The notes under the pieces were generated by a model, which was not told where the DNA came from, searched no databases, and saw nothing but the letters and a program-made list of their open reading frames with translations. 64,000 bases of DNA, taken from assembly GCA_021513695.1 (NCBI GenBank), contig CP084166.1, positions 2,816,001-2,880,000 of the forward strand, read 5' to 3'. The stretch is from Candidatus Heimdallarchaeum aukensis (lineage in GTDB: Archaea; Asgardarchaeota; Heimdallarchaeia; Heimdallarchaeales; Heimdallarchaeaceae). This document shows, piece by piece, positions 58,886 to 64,000 of this stretch. How positions within the stretch are numbered: the stretch's first letter is position 1; each line of letters opens with the position of its first letter. The position numbers and the translations under genes are program-made.

Positions 58886-60376
58886 TTACAGATCGAAATT
58901 TTTTGCCACTTGTTCTAAATTCTTTGTTTCGAGGTTTTTTGTTATCCTTTCTCTTACTTTTACATAAATTGGATGATTAACTGCATTTCCTACTACAATT
59001 GCTTCTCCTACACCAAGAGTAGTTATCGAGTTCAAAGTATCTCTATCAATACCTTCACTAGTTCTTCCTATGAATTCGAGATCGTAAGGGTTCATTATTT
59101 TCATAATGATTTGTGTATTACACTGACTAAGCGTAGTTGTTGAAAGATTCACAGGCCTTTGACTAATAAGTATCAAAGATATGAAAAATTTTCTTCCTTC
59201 TCTAGCAATAGTGTTTATTATAGGCCTTGAAATAGCTAAACTCAATTTACTTTCAGGAGCAAACTGATGAGCTTCTTCCAAAATTACCGAAACAGGGGGA
59301 ATCTCTGATTTTTTTCTTAATTCGAATAATCTTGAAAGAGTGTATGAAACAATCATCTGTTTCTGTCGTAGGCTAGTAAAATCACTTAAATCAATAATTA
59401 ACAATTTTCCTGGTTTAGTTTTTTCTTTTAAGTCAGGAAATTCCTTTACACCGAAAAGTTTTGTTTTTTTTAGTTCAAACAACCATCCATTAAGGGCATC
59501 TTTAGTTCGTTGATTCATTCGTTCATCGTTTTCTATTTCCTCCATAATATCAGAAATCGTGTAACTGACTCCCTTTTTCACTTTCTCATTGTACATTCTC
59601 CCAAGAATAACATATAGTTCTCTTAGTTGTACTGGACTTATATCTGGTTGAAAATTTGCAAATTGAGCTGCAGAAATAGAGTGTGTTGCAAATTGAATAT
59701 AACTAGCAGATATAACTTCTATTTGTTCACTTAATTCTGCTCCAGTTTCTTTCAGTCCTTTGTATTCTCCATGAACATCGAACAGAATAGTAGCTATTCT
59801 ACCTTGTTCTTTTTTTCTGTTTAGTAGCTCCTCTAAAAGAACAGAAACTGTATACGATTTTCCTGCGCCACTTATTGCAAGTATAGCTAAATGTTTTTGT
59901 AGAAATCTAGTAAGGTTTAATTTTACTTTTACATCATGATGTTCTAACTTTCCGATATACAAACCATTATTTTGATCTAGACCTAAAAATTTTGAAAGTA
60001 GGCTTGCATCTGCTAGAAAAACATTGTCTCCTGGACTAACTGGGTGTTGTAATCGTTTTACACCTTTTTTAGTATGAATGCCTAATGCTTTTGCTTTGGC
60101 AATAATATATTCCCAACTATCAGCAGGAAAAATTGAAGCTAATGTTTTTCCACTTGTTTCATAAGCTTTTACTGCAGATGGAGAAGAAAAATATCTGTTC
60201 GTTTTTATAATATCTTTTACTTGCGCTATTACTTTTCCCTCTTCTTCTGGTGTCTCAACTACGATGTACATATCTCTTTTTAACTGAAAATCCTTACTAT
60301 CTTTTGTTATTACAAAATGGAATTCAGAAGGATTAGGGGTGTTTTGTGTTACTATTACTGTTCCTATCATTTTCAT
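58886..60376 (-). CDS. herA: HerA-like hexameric ATPase/helicase (FtsK-HerA superfamily)
   Basis: 496 aa. Walker A 'AISGAGKS', Walker B 'VILEEAHQFAP' (HerA-type DEAH-like). Adjacent to the nurA-like gene. Confidence 0.7.
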   Translation of the reverse strand: MKMIGTVIVTQNTPNPSEFHFVITKDSKDFQLKRDMYIVVETPEEEGKVIAQVKDIIKTNRYFSSPSAVKAYETSGKTLASIFPADSWEYIIAKAKALGIHTKKGVKRLQHPVSPGDNVFLADASLLSKFLGLDQNNGLYIGKLEHHDVKVKLNLTRFLQKHLAILAISGAGKSYTVSVLLEELLNRKKEQGRIATILFDVHGEYKGLKETGAELSEQIEVISASYIQFATHSISAAQFANFQPDISPVQLRELYVILGRMYNEKVKKGVSYTISDIMEEIENDERMNQRTKDALNGWLFELKKTKLFGVKEFPDLKEKTKPGKLLIIDLSDFTSLRQKQMIVSYTLSRLFELRKKSEIPPVSVILEEAHQFAPESKLSLAISRPIINTIAREGRKFFISLILISQRPVNLSTTTLSQCNTQIIMKIMNPYDLEFIGRTSEGIDRDTLNSITTLGVGEAIVVGNAVNHPIYVKVRERITKNLETKNLEQVAKNFDL

Positions 60377-60380
60377 TTTA

Positions 60381-61523
60381 TTAACTCCATGGATTTCTTG
60401 CTCTTCTTTTTTGGAGCGAAAAACTAGAATAACCTATTCTAGAAGATATTTCATCTATCAAAATATCTGCATCGTCTTCCCTTATTTTAGCTCTAGCATC
60501 AGCTTCTATTATTACGCTAGGCAAACCGTATTCAGGATGAAAAGTTGAAATAGAACAAATTAGAGAAGAAATTGTTTGAGCTAGATTTGTACTGTCTGAA
60601 AATAGTACAGGAAATTCGACTCTAAGGGGTGTATCGTATTCTGCTGTTTTAAGATAAAAAAAGTGAATATCGAAGTCTTCTAAATCTTTTTCGTGCTCGT
60701 TAAATTTGCTCAGATGCGATTCAAATGTTCTCTCATTTATATCTAAAACGTTGAATAGTAAGTCTGTATCTCGTAATTGTTTAATAATAGGTCTATAATC
60801 AATATCTAATAATTCTTTAAATTCTGGTCTTTTACTCAAATGAGGAAGAATTAAAGAGAGTTTTCTAGTTAATATAGCAGACCTAGAATCTTTTATCACT
60901 CCACAGAGTAAGCAACGTTTTTTTCGAGAGAGAGTATACAATCTCCTATAAAGAGCTTTAAGCCTGAGATATTGAGAAAAAAGAAAATCATTGCCTTGGA
61001 TACTTTTAACATCAATGACAGGTAATACAGAACCATCTAAAATAAGAATATCAGGAGAATCGTTTTCCAGTAAATCTATTGCACACCGTATTTCTTTTTG
61101 TATTCGCCATAAAGCAATAAGATAATCTATTTCATTTTGAGCTAAAGGTTCAACACTTGTTAAAATATCAGGAAAAGGATTTTTTTCTGGAAAATACTTC
61201 ACTTTTGGTTTTTCATCTTTGTTGTGATAGAACAGCACACCTACAGCTCTAATAAGAGCAACATCAAAAAAATTCATGCTTCTGTGTATTATCCCTCCGT
61301 CTACTCCTGCATATTTTAAACCTGTAGTAGATGATTGTGGAACTCGAACTATAAAACTTGTGTCCTTTGTATTAAATTGAAAAGCTTCAGGAAAACTAGA
61401 AGGATCCAGTTGATACTTAACTTTTCTAAATAAATCTTGGAATAATTTTCTGTGTTTATTGTATTCCTTAATTACCTTAATTATGTTGCTTATGGCTTGT
61501 TCTAAATTCTTTTTTTCGCTCAA
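60381..61523 (-). CDS. nurA: NurA-like 5'-3' nuclease
   Basis: 380 aa. 'YAGVDGGIIHR' (NurA motif-I Asp), 'ILDGS' and a C-terminal acidic motif. It is 4 bp downstream of herA, co-oriented. Confidence 0.65.
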   Translation of the reverse strand: MSEKKNLEQAISNIIKVIKEYNKHRKLFQDLFRKVKYQLDPSSFPEAFQFNTKDTSFIVRVPQSSTTGLKYAGVDGGIIHRSMNFFDVALIRAVGVLFYHNKDEKPKVKYFPEKNPFPDILTSVEPLAQNEIDYLIALWRIQKEIRCAIDLLENDSPDILILDGSVLPVIDVKSIQGNDFLFSQYLRLKALYRRLYTLSRKKRCLLCGVIKDSRSAILTRKLSLILPHLSKRPEFKELLDIDYRPIIKQLRDTDLLFNVLDINERTFESHLSKFNEHEKDLEDFDIHFFYLKTAEYDTPLRVEFPVLFSDSTNLAQTISSLICSISTFHPEYGLPSVIIEADARAKIREDDADILIDEISSRIGYSSFSLQKRRARNPWS

Positions 61524-61581
61524 TTCTAGTTGTACTACGAGAAAATACTATATAAACTCAACTAGAAAAAGAAAAAAAGAA

Positions 61582-63192
61582 TTAATGTTCTTTGTTTTTT
61601 AAAGCTCTAGAAATAAAGTAATTATAAGGTGGAGAAGGTTTTTTTGGTTTAGAGTTAAATTCAGGATGGAATTGAGTAGCTATAAAGTTGGGATTGTCTT
61701 TATATTCTAAAGTTTCCATTCTTCTACCATCTTCTGATTTTCCTGAAAAATGTAATCCATGTTTTTCTAGATCTTGAATAAATTTAGGATTAACTTCATA
61801 TCTATGTCTGTGCCTTTCTATACAGAAATCAGCGTTATACATCGAATGAAAAATAGAGTCTCTTTCTAAAAGAACTCTGTGTGCTCCTAAACGCATCGTT
61901 CCTCCTTTTTCATGTATATCATGTTGTTCTGGTAAAAGGTCAATTACTGGGTAAAGTGTTTTTTCGTTTACTTCAGTTGTATGAGCTTTTTCCATATTAC
62001 AAACGTTTCTTGCGAACTCAACGACACTTAATTGAAAACCAAAACATACACCCAAAAAAGGTATTTTATTTTCTCTCGCGAAACGTATAATATTGATTTT
62101 ACCTTCTACTCCCCTAGAACCGAAACCTCCTGGAACAAGAATTCCATCGTACTTTAGTAATTCGTGAAATGGTTTTTCTTCTCCCTCAAATCTTTCAGAA
62201 GAAATGAATTCAACGTTAACCTTTGTATTGTTTGTTATTCCTGCATGTTTTAAAGCCTCTTTTATGCTTATGTAAGAATCTGCTAAACGTGTATATTTCC
62301 CAATAATTGCAATTGTAACTTCATTTTCAGCGTTAAGGAGTTTATCGATTATTTTTTCATCTTCCATCCAATTTGCTTTTACATTTTCATAATTTAAAAT
62401 CCAATTAAGAGTTGAACCGAAACCTTGTTTATCTAAATAAATGGGAGCTCTTAAAACTGTGTCTAAATCAGGAAGTGAAAAAACAGCGTTTGCAGGGACA
62501 TCGCAAAACATAACTATTTTCTCTTTGGCTTCTTCAGTAAGGTCTTGTTCACCTCTAGCAATTATAATATCAGGGGTCAAACCCATAGATTGTAATTCTC
62601 TAACTGCATGCTGTGTGGGTTTGGTTTTTAATTCTTTTAGATTTGGAGGTTTCATAACATAAGTGAGAAGAATAAGCGCAGTGTCTTCTTTTGGTGTTTC
62701 TCTTCTCAATTGTCTGATAGCTTCCAAAAATGGTTGTGATTCAATATCTCCTATTGTTCCTCCCACCTCTATAATCAGAACATCAATATCTTTATTGTTT
62801 TCAGCCACTTTTTTTATTCTTGCTTTAATTTCATCTGTTATATGAGGAATAACCTGAACAGTTTTTCCTAGAAAATCTCCTCTCCTTTCTGCTTCTATAA
62901 CAGAGAGATAAACTTGTCCTGTAGTAATGTTTTGCTCTGCATTCATTTCTAAATCTAGCATTCGCTCATAGTGGCCAAAATCCACATCTAATTCTGCACC
63001 GTCAGCTGTAACATATGTTTCTCCATGTTCGAAGGGATTCATAGTCCCTGCATCAATATTAAGATAGGGGTCAATCTTGATAACATTAATTTTTTTTCCT
63101 CTAATTTGTAAATTGCGACCAACAGAAGAAGTAACTATACCTTTCCCTAATCCTGATATCAGAGCTCCGCAAACAAAAACATATTTGGGCAT
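61582..63192 (-). CDS. pyrG: CTP synthase
   Basis: 'YVFVCGALISGLGKGI' N-terminus. Glutamine amidotransferase 'GVCFGFQL' and 'HRHRYEVN'. Confidence 0.9.
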   Translation of the reverse strand: MPKYVFVCGALISGLGKGIVTSSVGRNLQIRGKKINVIKIDPYLNIDAGTMNPFEHGETYVTADGAELDVDFGHYERMLDLEMNAEQNITTGQVYLSVIEAERRGDFLGKTVQVIPHITDEIKARIKKVAENNKDIDVLIIEVGGTIGDIESQPFLEAIRQLRRETPKEDTALILLTYVMKPPNLKELKTKPTQHAVRELQSMGLTPDIIIARGEQDLTEEAKEKIVMFCDVPANAVFSLPDLDTVLRAPIYLDKQGFGSTLNWILNYENVKANWMEDEKIIDKLLNAENEVTIAIIGKYTRLADSYISIKEALKHAGITNNTKVNVEFISSERFEGEEKPFHELLKYDGILVPGGFGSRGVEGKINIIRFARENKIPFLGVCFGFQLSVVEFARNVCNMEKAHTTEVNEKTLYPVIDLLPEQHDIHEKGGTMRLGAHRVLLERDSIFHSMYNADFCIERHRHRYEVNPKFIQDLEKHGLHFSGKSEDGRRMETLEYKDNPNFIATQFHPEFNSKPKKPSPPYNYFISRALKNKEH

Positions 63193-63354
63193 ATTCATCG
63201 TTAACCAGAAACGTAAATAAATTTATCTACAAGGAATTACTTAAGAAAAGGTTTGTTATTTTTTTTGCTTTTTAGTTTTTTAAGCTCTTATTATATAACT
63301 CTGAATGTGAAATATAATAGTTAATAATTTCCCAAAGAATATACAAAGTGTTGA

Positions 63355-63894
63355 TTATCCGACCATTATTTTCCATTTTTCTACGGCATCTGCTACAATA
63401 TCATACAACCATTTTTCTTCAACAGTAAGGTTTCTAATTGTACTTGTAATGTTTTTTGACTTTGTGCTCATATTAATAACTTTATTTAATCTTAAAGTCA
63501 TCAATTCACGTAACTCTATCTCTAAAATCTCTAGTTCTCTAAATGAAATAGTTTTTTGTTCTTTAAACTCTTCAATAGTTTTTTTAGCTATAATATAAAA
63601 AAAAGGATCTATTGGCTGTAGAGCTTTTTTCGCTTTCTCTTTTTCTGTAAGGAAATGAACTGAACTGAGGTTGAATTTTTTCAAAAAGTCATATTCTACT
63701 AAAGATTCCTTGTGAAGAATATATGCAATCCAGAACGGAATCTGAAGAATTGATCCTTTCTGGAGTTTGATTTTTTTTCCTCCTATATCAAATTCTTCTC
63801 TTGATTCTAAGCACTTAACTTCTACTTTTTTTTCTTCGAAATCATGTTGCAATCTTTCAAGTTCTTTTAACACTTCATCTTTTGTTAAATGCAT
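63355..63894 (-). CDS. Possible GINS subunit (Gins23/Psf2-3-like, B-domain then A-domain order). Tentative
   Basis: 179 aa. The N-terminal beta-rich 'VEVKCLESREEFDIGGKKIKLQKGSILQIPFWIAYILHKESLVEY' resembles a GINS B domain, followed by a helical A-like domain. Confidence 0.3.
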   Translation of the reverse strand: MHLTKDEVLKELERLQHDFEEKKVEVKCLESREEFDIGGKKIKLQKGSILQIPFWIAYILHKESLVEYDFLKKFNLSSVHFLTEKEKAKKALQPIDPFFYIIAKKTIEEFKEQKTISFRELEILEIELRELMTLRLNKVINMSTKSKNITSTIRNLTVEEKWLYDIVADAVEKWKIMVG

Positions 63895-64000
63895 GCTAAT
63901 TCTTGAATTGAGTTAATACTTTAGAAGTTTTTGATTAAAAGAAATCATCTAAACTTTTTTGTGAGGAAGTAGAAACTGTTTCTTGTTCAAATTCTGTTTC

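Noticed and set aside
58886-61523. HerA/NurA pair as a candidate anti-phage defense module (HerA-like ATPases occur in several bacterial defense systems)
   Set aside because: Both proteins have canonical archaeal HerA (about 500 aa; DEAH-like Walker B) and NurA features and lie among housekeeping information-processing genes (Sm, Rio2, pyrG, GINS-like). A housekeeping end-resection role is more parsimonious.
1-64000. tRNA, rRNA, RNase P or SRP RNA genes, transposases or integrases
   Set aside because: Intergenic regions are short and uniformly AT-rich, with no GC-rich islands of tRNA or structured-RNA size. No ORF shows DDE, tyrosine-recombinase or serine-recombinase motifs. The intein is the only selfish element seen.

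Overview
AT-rich (roughly one-third GC by eye), densely coding archaeal chromosomal segment with genes on both strands. I found no rRNA, tRNA, CRISPR array, transposase or integrase. The gene set is archaeal: S17e, Sm-like protein, HerA/NurA, GINS-like, Rio2, DRG GTPase, class I HMG-CoA reductase, a class II RNR carrying an intein, indolepyruvate ferredoxin oxidoreductase. Together with a clear ESCRT-II Vps22/EAP30 homolog, this points to an Asgard-type (Lokiarchaeia-like) genome. Recognisable housekeeping content: nrdJ with an intein (5'-truncated), aminotransferase, TldD/PmbA pair, YggS, two ABC transporter systems, pyrBI, uridine phosphorylase, GGPP synthase, two tandem myo-inositol-1-phosphate-synthase paralogs, iorAB, beta-CASP RNase, 3-hexulose-6-phosphate synthase, MFS transporter, amidohydrolase, pyrG. 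The least explained parts are: (i) a tightly translationally coupled cluster (27373-32473) of two paralogous anchored secreted proteins plus four orphan integral membrane proteins, one carrying an 18-bp tandem repeat; (ii) a 1048-aa orphan protein; (iii) a 614-aa PIN-domain protein next to a KaiC-like ATPase; (iv) several large surface proteins, including a beta-helix/TSP3-repeat transmembrane protein whose cytoplasmic tail may end in a winged helix; (v) a stand-alone Vps22 gene outside any ESCRT cluster. All functional calls rest on motif-level reading of the supplied translations; no database search was possible.
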